A DNA stretch of 20,000 nucleotides from Craspedostauros australis. Lineage: Eukaryota. This document shows positions 10,571 to 20,000 of this stretch, piece by piece. Under the pieces are notes generated by a model. It worked only from the letters and a program-made list of their open reading frames with translations. It was not told the DNA's origin and made no database searches. The position numbers were made by a program, and so were the translations under genes. The first letter of the stretch is position 1; every line of letters starts with the position of its first letter. The DNA lies in NCBI GenBank assembly GCA_030167865.1, contig JALAGF010001127.1, positions 56,491 to 76,490 of the forward strand, given 5' to 3'.

Positions 10571-11736
10571 GCGTTCCATCAGCAGGCAGTCCATGTGGCT
10601 CAGATGGTTGCCCACATGGCCTCTATTATTTCTCCCGTAACCCAAACTAACAGCTATTTGTCTATACGTATTGCTGGAGAGCACGGTAGAATGTCCCATT
10701 CATCGACAGCCATTCACTGATCAAATGGGATTTAGCAGACGAAGCGCGGTTGGCTAGCTCAGACTGCCATGCACTTTCTGTTGTACTCTGCATTGATCTT
10801 CCTTCATCCAGATACGCATCTTGCTTGCGCCGTTCGTGTTGACCATCAGCATGTCGGCTACATCTCCAAAGAGCTGTTGCGAAGAATTGTTTCCTGGATG
10901 GAATTCGAGCATGTGATGGCAACAGAGGTTTCGACATTCGGCATCGAAGAGAGGTCTGTTGACGAAGTCCATCGACACTGCCCATCATGATGACGATGCG
11001 AAAGTTGCTTCGGTCGTGACGATATCGCCAACGAATCCCATCGTGCCAGTGCTCTCCTTCCGTTGGCCGATCGACTCTGACGCAGCAAATTGATTGAATC
11101 GTTGATTGGCTGGATTAGTGGTCGCCGAAGCAACCCCTGCCCCTCGGTTATTGTGCCAATTGTGCAGCATGGTGGTGATCTGGAACACCCAGCATTTTGT
11201 CCGATTTTCACTTTTCTAACTCGTGACTTACTATAACGGGACTTAATACACAACGTTGAGGCAGAAAAGTGAATCACCAGTTGGATTTTAGGTAGTTCCG
11301 TGTGTTCGTGTGTAGTAGAGAGTCCTGGCCGGATCGAACAGTTTCGCTTGACTTTGCTGCTGGATCGTGCCCGTTGATTTTGGGCGATTGGAAGAAGGGA
11401 AGTTGTTCTTGATTGAGTGTGTGTAGTCGGAAGGAGTCTTTGTAGAGTTGTTTTTCTTCTTGTCTTGTTGTACAAGGAATCAAAGTTGCAACCTGAACCG
11501 ACTTCAAGAGAAAATTGTGTGACGTCAGGTGTTGGCAAGTTCTGTGATTGGAAGCCTACGATCGTGGAAGACGGTGTTGTTGATAGTCGTTCTGTTTGCT
11601 ATTTCATTACGTTGAGACTCTGATCCTCTCGGTGTCTGTTCTCTTGCCCGATGCTCTTGGCACGTTTGTCTGTCTTGTAGATTGAGTCTCCGACTATGAG
11701 TCAGTATGCAAGATACTCTCTTGCCACTCTTCGTAT

Positions 11737-11756
11737 TCTCTCTCTCTCTCTCTCTC
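11737..11756. repeat. (TC)10 microsatellite
   Basis: Perfect TC run in intergenic DNA. Confidence 0.95.
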
Positions 11757-12351
11757 AATATTGTGTACTTGTGCTACACAATACTTCGCATTTGATGCGT
11801 ACTCCACATTCAACACTCCATTCATTCCTTACTGGCTTCTACTCCATGAGTACTTACCGTTTGAACTTCACCTCCTGTATCCATGATTTTGATGTCCTTT
11901 GGTCATCAAATCTTTACCTTCTGCTTCTGACATGGAGACAGATGTCGACATGGTGACACGATGGCATCCTGTCGACGTCAGTAGGTGTCCTTCTGCTCTC
12001 CAGATGGCATGTTCCATCAATGATGCGATGGTCTGGCAGATGATATCGTCATCTGGGGTTTAGTTGGGAGGTACATCGAGTTTCGTTCGATACCATACGT
12101 TTCCATTGATGGATGGACGGACGATGTTCCTGATTCTCTCAGAAATCGTTGATTGCAAATTTCCTCCAGAAATTCTGCTCATTTTCATGTGTTCCATTTC
12201 CACTGTGATTCTGACAAATCACAGAATACTATTGACATGAGTGTAGTTGTACCGTCCAAGTGCGTATGAGAGAATAGCGGGTGAACGATGCACATATACA
12301 CATACATCTTGACATGGAATCCCGACTTTTTGCTGAGTGTCCCAGCTCCCC

Positions 12352-12369
12352 AGAGAGAGAGAGAGAGAG
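12352..12369. repeat. (AG)9 microsatellite
   Basis: Perfect AG run in intergenic DNA. Confidence 0.95.
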
Positions 12370-13015
12370 AACGAGTTTTGGGATCATACAGGTTGGACTG
12401 TCTGTCAGTTGACCGTTGCGGTCATCCGGTCTTGTGCAATGGCTCCTACGCGCCAACGGTGTAGCGGTTACGTACGTGAGCATGTGTCAGCAACAGGATC
12501 CTTTCAGAGCAGGAGAGAACACATAATTTCGAGGAACACAGCTCGAAACAGCAAAAACATCAACAACAGCCACTAATGCTAGATAGGATCGTCTTCTGTG
12601 TGTCTTGAAGTCTCTCCTTTGCAGCACCTACCAGCTTGCAAGCATCATAATTCATTCTAGGGAGAAGGGAGTCCGACTTCGCGCCTCGGGACAGATCAAA
12701 AGATACCATCAATCGACTCGATCGATTGCAAATGGCGAACACAAGTGAAAACCGAAGCCTCTTCCGGCCATTACGACTGCGACACGACCGACGATGAACC
12801 AGCACTCGATGACCGGCTTTGGAACATGGCAAGAAGCAAGACCACCCAGCAAGCCTGTACAAGGCCTCCATCCCATGCACGCAGGAACAGGGACGGAACG
12901 ACCAACAGCACCACCAAAGTTCCCCTCCATCGCCGAGCATACACCTTTGGTATCCAATTCCTTCACAAGACCAAAGAAGAGGAATCAACAACACCAGAGT
13001 ATACGACACGCCAGG

Positions 13016-13876
13016 ATGGGCCGCTTCAGCGATGCATGGTTGATCGACAAGACCATGTTCGAGTACGCCATGGGCGGAGCCTGCGCCTGCTGCTCATTCA
13101 ACTTCCTCCCGAACGGCGCAGCGGGCCTGATCCAGTCCATGAGCGAGTTCGAGACCGACCAGCAGAACGCGGAGATCCAGGCGCTGGACAAGCTGCCGTG
13201 GCCACCGGAGATGCGCGATCAGGTGTGGGTGGAGCGCGTGCGGTTGCGCCAAAAGCTCAAGAAGGAGATGGGCGGCTTCAAGTCGTTCTGGGATAAGCAC
13301 GGAGAGCAGTACGGCGCCTGGTTGGAGAAGCAGGCCTCGTCGTCGCCGGATCGCATTCGCAAGTGGTTTCAGCTGGGACGGTCCCAGGTTCTGGACTACA
13401 TGCACGAGCAGTACGACGTCCACGGGGCGTACCAGGTCGTTCTGGGGGCAGTCGCGGAGCAGGTGGCGCATTTCGAGCTCACGAAGTATCCCGCGGACGG
13501 ACGTGGAGAGGCAGAGATGGCCTTCGAGAACACCCTCAACTTCAATCGCATGGGTGGATACGGATTGAAGGGACTTGTGGAAGATGGCGATTCGGTATCG
13601 CCCGATGTCATCAAGCTGTGGATGGCACGGCATAAGGCGTTGGGAGGTCCCAAGCTCCTCGATCGTGCGCCCAAAGTGCAATCATCAGGAGACGGAGACG
13701 ACGACGACGACGAAGGCGGCGCGGACGATGCACCGGAAACACTTCATCCAGCCGCGTCCAAGTCCGAAGCAGGACCATCCTTCCGATCCGATCGGAGGAT
13801 TATCCGGCTCATGGTTGCGCGGTATTGGGCAAACCACTTGCAGCTGATGTTCTTGAAGGAACATGAAGAACAGTAG
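13016..13876 (+). CDS. Hypothetical protein (~286 aa) with N-terminal GGACACC motif and acidic loop
   Basis: Strong GC3-rich codon bias begins at ATG 13016 (MGRFSDAWLIDK...). The ORF is open from 12794, but the upstream part looks UTR-like. No family recognised. Confidence 0.8.
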   Translation: MGRFSDAWLIDKTMFEYAMGGACACCSFNFLPNGAAGLIQSMSEFETDQQNAEIQALDKLPWPPEMRDQVWVERVRLRQKLKKEMGGFKSFWDKHGEQYGAWLEKQASSSPDRIRKWFQLGRSQVLDYMHEQYDVHGAYQVVLGAVAEQVAHFELTKYPADGRGEAEMAFENTLNFNRMGGYGLKGLVEDGDSVSPDVIKLWMARHKALGGPKLLDRAPKVQSSGDGDDDDDEGGADDAPETLHPAASKSEAGPSFRSDRRIIRLMVARYWANHLQLMFLKEHEEQ

Positions 13877-14361
13877 AGTCGAGGATTGGTTGACCAATTG
13901 TACAAAATGTTAGGCCGAGACGGGTACTCTACGTGTAATACATTCTATCTGCGCGAGTTTTCCCTTCTTGCGCTGCGGAGAGCATCCTTTGCAAATGTGC
14001 CGTTGTCGAGAATGTGCGCCTTGAAAATGGGTTTTTGCGTGGCCGTAGTCGTACCAATGTAGCACCGCACCGCCTCACCAATAACAACACTGCTTGAACC
14101 GAGATCAACACTTTCCGACTTCAAGTTGGCCGACAGGTGGAATCCATCCAGCACGAGACAACACACAGGTTCGACAAATGAGGCTGAGTTTCAAAAACAA
14201 GTCAGGATAGTCTATTTTATATCGCGTAGATCGTACGGTTTGGAAAGTTGCTTGGTTGCGTTGCACACGGATGTTTGTACAGTACGAGTATGTATGGTGT
14301 CGCCGAAGCCGCCAATCTGTGGTGGATCCGCCGTCTGGGTACGAACGAAGAACCAGTGGAA

Positions 14362-15058
14362 TTATGGCTCCAGGAGGTAGTCATCGACGGTGCATTCGTC
14401 TTCCTCGCCAGGGCACGGGAAAGCAAGCATCGCGTTCCACACGAGGTCCGTCAGGTCTGATGGGAGTTCTGTGTCATCGTAGATGAACTTGCAGGGGTAC
14501 GAACCGCCTGGCATGGCGAACTCGTTGCACTGTGTTGCTGCGTTCACGAGTCTCGCCCATGGCATCTCAACTTCATCGTGAAGGCCGGCGTTGCCCACCA
14601 GCTCGCCAAGCGTGAAGATCTTCTCCAGAGCCTTGGCAGCCACATACGGCTCGCCCTCGAAGAAGTGTCGTGTTGCGATGCTGGCGAGGGATCGTGCTCG
14701 GTGCGTGAGCAATTCCTTGTTGAAGGCGGTGGACAGCGATGTGCCGTCCAAAGGAAGGCGCAGCTCGTCCTCGAGCACATCCCATCCGTCTTCGACGCTG
14801 CCTGCGCGCATGAGACCACGGATAACGGCGGCGCTCTCGTGCGGTTGCATCGATGGTCTTTCGTAAACGCGGCGGGTTTCGATGGCACGCTGCGCTGTGT
14901 CGAGCTCGTTCACGTGCAGCGCCGCTACCGCCAGTCGGGACAGTAGAGATCCTCGGAATCCGTACCCCCAGTTCTCGTCGCACTCGTCAATGAGGAAGGA
15001 CGCGATGGTCTGCAGATCGTGGATATCGTGTCTGTTCTGAGCACGCTTGATGGCTTGA
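14362..15058 (-). CDS. Exon 2 of plastid-targeted protein (388 aa spliced) with a PPR-like helical segment
   Basis: Follows the tgcag acceptor. In frame it reads QAIKRAQNRHDIHDLQTIASFLIDECDENWGYGFRGSLLSRLAVAALH, continuing into ORF 14362..14913. Contains AAVIRGLMRAGSVEDGWDVL (PPR-like). Confidence 0.8.
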
Positions 15059-15263
15059 CTGCATCATGTCAAGCGGAAACGGAAGAATGAGGAGCGTGAT
15101 GATGATGATGACGATGGCGTGGTTTGGATGGAGGCGTGACGTCGACAAGCAAGTGAAAGACCGGATGATGAGGGGTGAGGTGAAAGGTTCATGGGCATTG
15201 ATGGAGTCGGAGCTGGAATGACGGGAGCGCACAGACAACCTCAATCTTGCCCACCCAACTTAC
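15059..15263 (-). other. 205-nt spliceosomal intron, phase 2
   Basis: Donor AC|GTAAGT at 15263 and acceptor TGCAG|T at 15059. Splicing removes the TAA stop and restores frame (DDIT-QAIK). Exons of 470+697 nt give 389 codons. Confidence 0.85.
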
Positions 15264-15733
15264 GTGATGTCATCGATCGGCATGTCGCGATGCAGGTGCG
15301 AGATGTTGGACGAGTGGAGCGTGTAGAAGTCCAGGTCCGGTGCCTCATTCAAGTATTCAGCGTTGAGCACGAAGTTGTGCTTGCGATTGGATCTTCGCTT
15401 GTTGACGCCGCCCTTGCTGTTGTTGGCATAGGCGTTGCTGTGGCCGTTGACGCCGATCGATTGCGGACTCTCGGCCTCGAAAGCGAAAGCCAGCCGCTGG
15501 TCGGTGGTGTCAGTGTGCTGGGTGGTGACGAACTGCGAGACGACGCTCACGTGCAATGGTCCCGCTGCCCCTGGCGCCGTCGAGCGTTGGTGATGATCAT
15601 TGGCATGCACACGGCCAGTGGAGAAGGCTGCGGATGGTGTGAAGGCATCAACGGACCCTTGCTGCGCGGTCAGCGACGATGCCACGAGCAATGACAGCGA
15701 ACAGGCGATGGGTGAGAATGATGGGAATGCCAT
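15264..15733 (-). CDS. Exon 1 of plastid-targeted protein with bipartite presequence
   Basis: MAFPSFSPIACSLSLLVASSLTAQQGSVDA|FTPSAAF: a signal peptide followed by an ASAFAP-type +1 Phe and a Ser/Ala/Arg-rich transit-like region. Confidence 0.8.
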
Positions 15734-16200
15734 GATGATGTATCTGGATGAAGGGTTGAGTGGAGTCCTGGTTTTGTGTGTCGAGTTGAGTTGAGTTTGA
15801 AGTGAGTTGGATGTCAACTTGATGCGGAAGATTTGACTTCGTGGTATGTGGTTTGGTTTGCTATTGCCTCTTGGCGTGTTTGGAGATCGATTTTATGACC
15901 TTGATGAGTATCCGACCTCCTCTCAAACAATCAAGGGGGGAGAGAGAGACAGAGAGACAGAGAGACAGAAACACAAATGCCACAAATCATCGGTGGACCA
16001 TCGGAAGATCGGCCCGTTGTTTGCGTGCTTGTTCTCGTTTTTGTTCTTCTTCCTGCTTCCTGTTACGCAGCTCTCTCTCTTTTTTGTTCGTTGGATTTCG
16101 CGTCTGTTTGCTTGTTTGTCAGTCAGAACAAACGAAATTCTGCGACAAGCAGCTGCCCAGAAACAAGCCAACCAAGAACGAGGCGCGTGATTGGCATGAT

Positions 16201-16278
16201 TGACGCCATTTCATGACATCAGCATGACGTCGAATCCAAACCCGGAGGCAGAAACTTGACATCGTCCAACCCACGTCA
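16201..16278. promoter_or_regulatory. Cluster of TGAC/TGACGT bZIP-type motifs upstream of the plastid-protein gene
   Basis: TGACGC 16201, TGACAT 16214, TGACGT 16225, TGACAT 16257, ACGTCA 16273; about 470-545 bp upstream of ATG 15733. Confidence 0.35.
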
Positions 16279-17155
16279 TCAATACAAAGTCCTCATGCTC
16301 GTATACAATCATAGTGAATGGTTGACATCACGACTTCCACAGAACTTGAGGTGAGCGATCTGGGAGGTCCCAGTCGTTGTGATTGGACAAGAAGCGTATT
16401 TGAGAACATTCTTGTTTTGTTGATAACGAATGAGAACGCGAAACACGGTACTGGTGACATCATCATCGAACAGATGGCTCGTGACCAGAACACCGTCACA
16501 AAATGGACCCCTCATTCCGAGAACACCGAAAACCGAACCTGGTTCTGGGGAAGGTGAGGTGGTTGGTTGGTTGGATTGTCATGGCTGGATGGTTGGTTGG
16601 CTGGCCATCTCCGTTGCTCCTTCTGGTGCTGTGCTGGTATTGAAATGTTGCCGATGTGTTGCTGTGCTGGATCTCTGTGCGAGATCTCTGGCCTTCTTGC
16701 TGCTGCGAACGAAGCAAGGAAAGATGGAGCACCTGTAACAGTGCAGCGGCTCGTCAATCACTCGCGTTCTTCCCTCAGTTGTGGTACGAGCACACAGGTA
16801 CCAATATGCTACGGCCACGAATACATACGAGTTGAGTGCACATGCTGTTGACTGCATTGCATCGGTGGGGTTTGCAGGACGAAGCAGGTGACCTCGGAGA
16901 TTGGAGTAGAATGGAATAGAGTGGAGTAGTGCAATATATTCTAATCCCTTTCACGTATCCCAAGCGCGAGGTTGCGGTATTCATGCTCCTTGCTGCTTAG
17001 TCCTTGATCCCACGTGTATTGTATTATATGTATGGTACAAACCATAGTTGCGAGCCCTGTCATCGACTCCGTCGATTGCCAGGCCTTCTTGAGATGGCAT
17101 TCCCAATACTCTGCTCTATTAGGTTGCTGTTGCTGTTCAGTATTGCTGTTCAGCA

Positions 17156-19402
17156 TCAAGCAGGTGCCTCCCACCGACTAGAAGACGTTCTGCCGAAGTT
17201 CAAAATGATGAGAAGGGAAATCGTCATGACGGCGGTCAACGCCCAAAACATGGGGTATGCCCATTTCTCGTCCAGCTCGGGCATGTTTGTGAAGTTCATC
17301 CCCCAAACGCCCGTCAGGAATTGGGCTGGCAAGAACACGGACGATACCACCGTCAGCGTGTACAGAGTTCGATCCATCTGCTTCGATTGGACCTTGTCCG
17401 ACTCCACGTCCAACGCGTGGCATTCGCTGATCAGCTGGCGCAGCAATTCGTCCTCGCATTCCAAGTTGTCGAGGACGTCGCGCAGGTACACGGTCGCACC
17501 AGGGCTGATGGCATCATCCTCGATGACGTGGGTCAGCAATCGCATGAAGGGCTTGAGCTTGCGACACACCTTCTCCAGTTCATTGCGAATGAAGTGCACG
17601 CGGTCCAACGAATCGCGAAAGCCAGCATGGCGCAGGTACGCTTGCTCCTCATGGATTGCCTGGCGCATGCGTTTCGCGATGGGGTGCACAAGATCGACGG
17701 CCTGATCGAGGAGTGCGTATGTCAGGTACTGCGCGTCGTATTGGCGGAGCTTCGAGTAGCTCTTCTCAAGCTCGCACTGGACTTTGCGAAAGTAGTGCGC
17801 TGGAAACTGCTGTCGCGGCGGCCTTTGCGAGGATGATAGCGGCGATGGTTGTGAACGTGATGGTGAATACGATGGTGAATGCGATGGTGAATGCGGGAAC
17901 GCGTTTCCAACAGTTGGTCTGTAGCCTCCGTCCTTTGAATTGGTAAATGTGATGATAGTGTCGTTCTTTGGCACGTTGACAAAAATGCTGACCATGTGCA
18001 CGTGGATTCTTGGCGCCCTCGGTGATCTTCTGGGGACTGACGATTGTGCACGACCCGAATCACCAATTGCTTTCCCAGTTGGCGGCTTACTGCTTGGCGT
18101 TGCGAAACCGCGCATGGATGGAGTGATCATATTTCTCCTTTCGGAGGAGGACATGGCGGGATGCTGCGGCGAAGGACTGTCACCGTCCATGCACAAGACC
18201 GGAACCATGATGAGATAGTGATTTGAAAATACTTCCACTTTGGGACGGTGAGTCTGCGAGTACAGAGCGTCGTCCAATGCGAGCGGATGCAACGAGTACC
18301 GGACAGCCAGGCGTTTCAATGTGAGCGCTGCGGTCGCCGGTGATGTTGGCACGACGTTGATCCATCGCGTTTTGACCCATGCTGGTCGTCTCTTGAAGAA
18401 CAGATCTGTTCTGCTCATCGGTTGCACGTCACTCCAGGGCTTGCCATCACCCGAGAACGCCGACGAGTCCTGCACCACCCTCCGCTCCAGCTTGTTCGAG
18501 TTGTAATCGTACATGTCGAGGGTCGAGAGGGCGCTGCCCTTGCAGATGAGCGCATTGTCGATGGACGGATGGAACAACGCCCGCAACATGAGCAAACGGA
18601 TGCCTTCCGAGAATTCTTCGAAGGAGATGTCGCCAGATTGATCCAGATCCAGGTGCTGCACCAACGTATTGAAGCTCCGCTCGTCCAGTGACGCACGTGC
18701 CTCGTTCCCGTTTCCATTCCCTCCGAGCAATGGCCCCACCTGAGCATGAAAATCCAATCCACGGCGCAAACCTTCGTAAGAGATCCTGCCATCCATGTTC
18801 GTGTCGAACATGTCGAAGAAGTGCTTCAACCGTTCTTCGGACAGGTCGAACGATGATTCGAAGATATCCTCTTGGCTGCTTCGATCGTTGCCATCATCGT
18901 CATCGTCATCGTCATCGCCGTCTTCGCTGTTGGTGATGGCACCACCATCTCCGTTTCTAGTTCGGTTTATGCCATCAATGATATGATCCTCGTCGTCTCC
19001 CTCGTCGGCTCGCTGCTTGTTTCTGCCGTTGCTTCCTCCAACGATGAAGTCGCCCGTTCTGTCTGAGCTCTGCTGTTTCCAGCTGCAGTCTTCAGCCGCG
19101 AGCTCTTCATCCCTTTGGGACGGCGACAAAGGGACGCGGTCGCCATCACCTATAGATGGATTCAATTTCACATCAAGATTCGTCCGAATGGATTCGTTGG
19201 TGGCCTGGTCCTGGTTGCCATCATGGCCGCCGTTGTCATGTATGTTGATATTGCCGTTGCTTCTGCTGGGTGCGGAGTGGACGACCCCCACCAAGGACAG
19301 GAATTGCTGCAAGGTGTCCGGGATCTGGGTGGAATCCTCCCGCTCGGTGCGTTGGTTTCGTGCTGGATCTGTCTCCGAAATCATGTCGTTCAAGTCGGTC
19401 AT
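17156..19402 (-). CDS. corA: CorA/MIT-family Mg2+ transporter with N-terminal EF-hand pair
   Basis: Signature LTVVSSVFLPAQFLTGVWGMNFTNMPEL plus a second TM helix. Also RWINV, YSLHPLALDD, RPKVE, YALLDQAVD and VYLRDVLD. EF loops DTNMDGRISYEG and DLDQSGDISFEE. Start uncertain: ATG 19402 preferred, ORF open to 19537. Confidence 0.93.
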   Translation of the reverse strand: MTDLNDMISETDPARNQRTEREDSTQIPDTLQQFLSLVGVVHSAPSRSNGNINIHDNGGHDGNQDQATNESIRTNLDVKLNPSIGDGDRVPLSPSQRDEELAAEDCSWKQQSSDRTGDFIVGGSNGRNKQRADEGDDEDHIIDGINRTRNGDGGAITNSEDGDDDDDDDDGNDRSSQEDIFESSFDLSEERLKHFFDMFDTNMDGRISYEGLRRGLDFHAQVGPLLGGNGNGNEARASLDERSFNTLVQHLDLDQSGDISFEEFSEGIRLLMLRALFHPSIDNALICKGSALSTLDMYDYNSNKLERRVVQDSSAFSGDGKPWSDVQPMSRTDLFFKRRPAWVKTRWINVVPTSPATAALTLKRLAVRYSLHPLALDDALYSQTHRPKVEVFSNHYLIMVPVLCMDGDSPSPQHPAMSSSERRNMITPSMRGFATPSSKPPTGKAIGDSGRAQSSVPRRSPRAPRIHVHMVSIFVNVPKNDTIITFTNSKDGGYRPTVGNAFPHSPSHSPSYSPSRSQPSPLSSSQRPPRQQFPAHYFRKVQCELEKSYSKLRQYDAQYLTYALLDQAVDLVHPIAKRMRQAIHEEQAYLRHAGFRDSLDRVHFIRNELEKVCRKLKPFMRLLTHVIEDDAISPGATVYLRDVLDNLECEDELLRQLISECHALDVESDKVQSKQMDRTLYTLTVVSSVFLPAQFLTGVWGMNFTNMPELDEKWAYPMFWALTAVMTISLLIILNFGRTSSSRWEAPA
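17859..17894. repeat. 12-bp tandem repeat x3 inside corA encoding (H/Y)SPS
   Basis: gatggtgaatac gatggtgaatgc gatggtgaatgc, encoding PHSPSHSPSYSPS on the minus strand. Confidence 0.9.
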
Positions 19403-19738
19403 AGAGTAGTCAAGCGGCGCCCATGCGCTCACTTCAGCGCTATTATGCTCGTATTCTATATAGCAGAGTAGAGTCGTACGAGTACGTGTACGAGCTACGA
19501 GTATGGTGGCCGCATCTATCATACAACCACAAGTCACAACCAGAGTGCAACCTTCCGACTCATCTGTGATCGACGATGTTGGTCACAACGAAGGGACGTC
19601 CGCATCCTGTGGTTGCTGCTGCGCAGTCGTGTCAGCGTCACGCCAAGATCCATTTCCGCACAAGAGCCAGGGGCGCACGGTAAATTGTCCCCAGTAGGCC
19701 CAAACGAGAAGGTACTTAGATAGACCTATAATGTTTTA

Positions 19739-19996
19739 GGCCTATGACGCGCGCCAGCCAGTCGAGAAACGCGCCGGCATGGCCATGTGCTCACTATCCG
19801 TGTCTCACCGAACTGGCAGAGTTACGCGTATTTGTGGTATCATCGATATTCCAATTTGGGCCTATGAAAGTACCATATTACCCACATATAACGTCACGCG
19901 CCAGCCCGCTCTTCTCCGCGCCGGCATGGCTGCGCGTGTTGCATCCGAATACACGTGACTGAATGTCCCCCTCGACGTCCACCTGAATGTCCCCCT
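19739..19996. repeat. Cluster of short direct repeats at right edge (diverged ~147-bp duplication plus 14-bp repeat)
   Basis: CGCGCCAGCC-N10-CGCGCCGGCATGGC-N12-ATCCG at 19750 and 19897; GGCCTATGA at 19739 and 19859; CTGAATGTCCCCCT at 19959 and 19983. Confidence 0.8.
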
Positions 19997-20000
19997 TCGC

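Noticed and set aside
11737-12369. (TC)10 and (AG)9 as an inverted-repeat pair
   Set aside because: Simple microsatellites with no flanking complementarity.
13945-14166. Short minus ORF with VDLGSSSVVIGEAVRCYI, faintly like a flavin-reductase C-terminus
   Set aside because: Too short, no ATG start or supporting exons, and it lies in the 3' region of two convergent genes.
16318-16851. Short plus ORFs with a possible AG|GTGAGG donor near 16553
   Set aside because: No convincing acceptor or recognisable domain; cannot build a gene model.
19739-19996. CRISPR-like array
   Set aside because: Only two copies of each repeat, 10-nt spacers, eukaryotic context and no cas genes.

Overview
Eukaryotic nuclear DNA, most likely from a diatom. 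This is inferred from a bipartite plastid presequence with a DA|F cleavage site, RXL plus KxxK biosilica-type motifs, one GT-AG intron, microsatellites and no operons. Seven gene loci are supported. (1) A TPR protein running off the left edge (-, absent from the ORF track). (2) A 564-aa unknown protein with a possibly LRR/RNI-like C-terminus (+). (3) A ~1430-codon AAA_16/STAND-like ATPase with a helical C-terminal half, broken by one in-frame TGA and one single-base frameshift (-). (4) A secreted protein with RXL sites, a pentalysine KxxK cluster, ~15 C-x5-C Cys-rich repeats and a YYYY tail (+). (5) A hypothetical protein with a CACC motif (+). (6) A two-exon plastid-targeted protein with a PPR-like segment (-). 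(7) An EF-hand-containing CorA-family Mg2+ transporter (-). The right edge has a cluster of short direct repeats. The best lead is the candidate silaffin-like cell-wall protein with a putative disulfide beta-solenoid.
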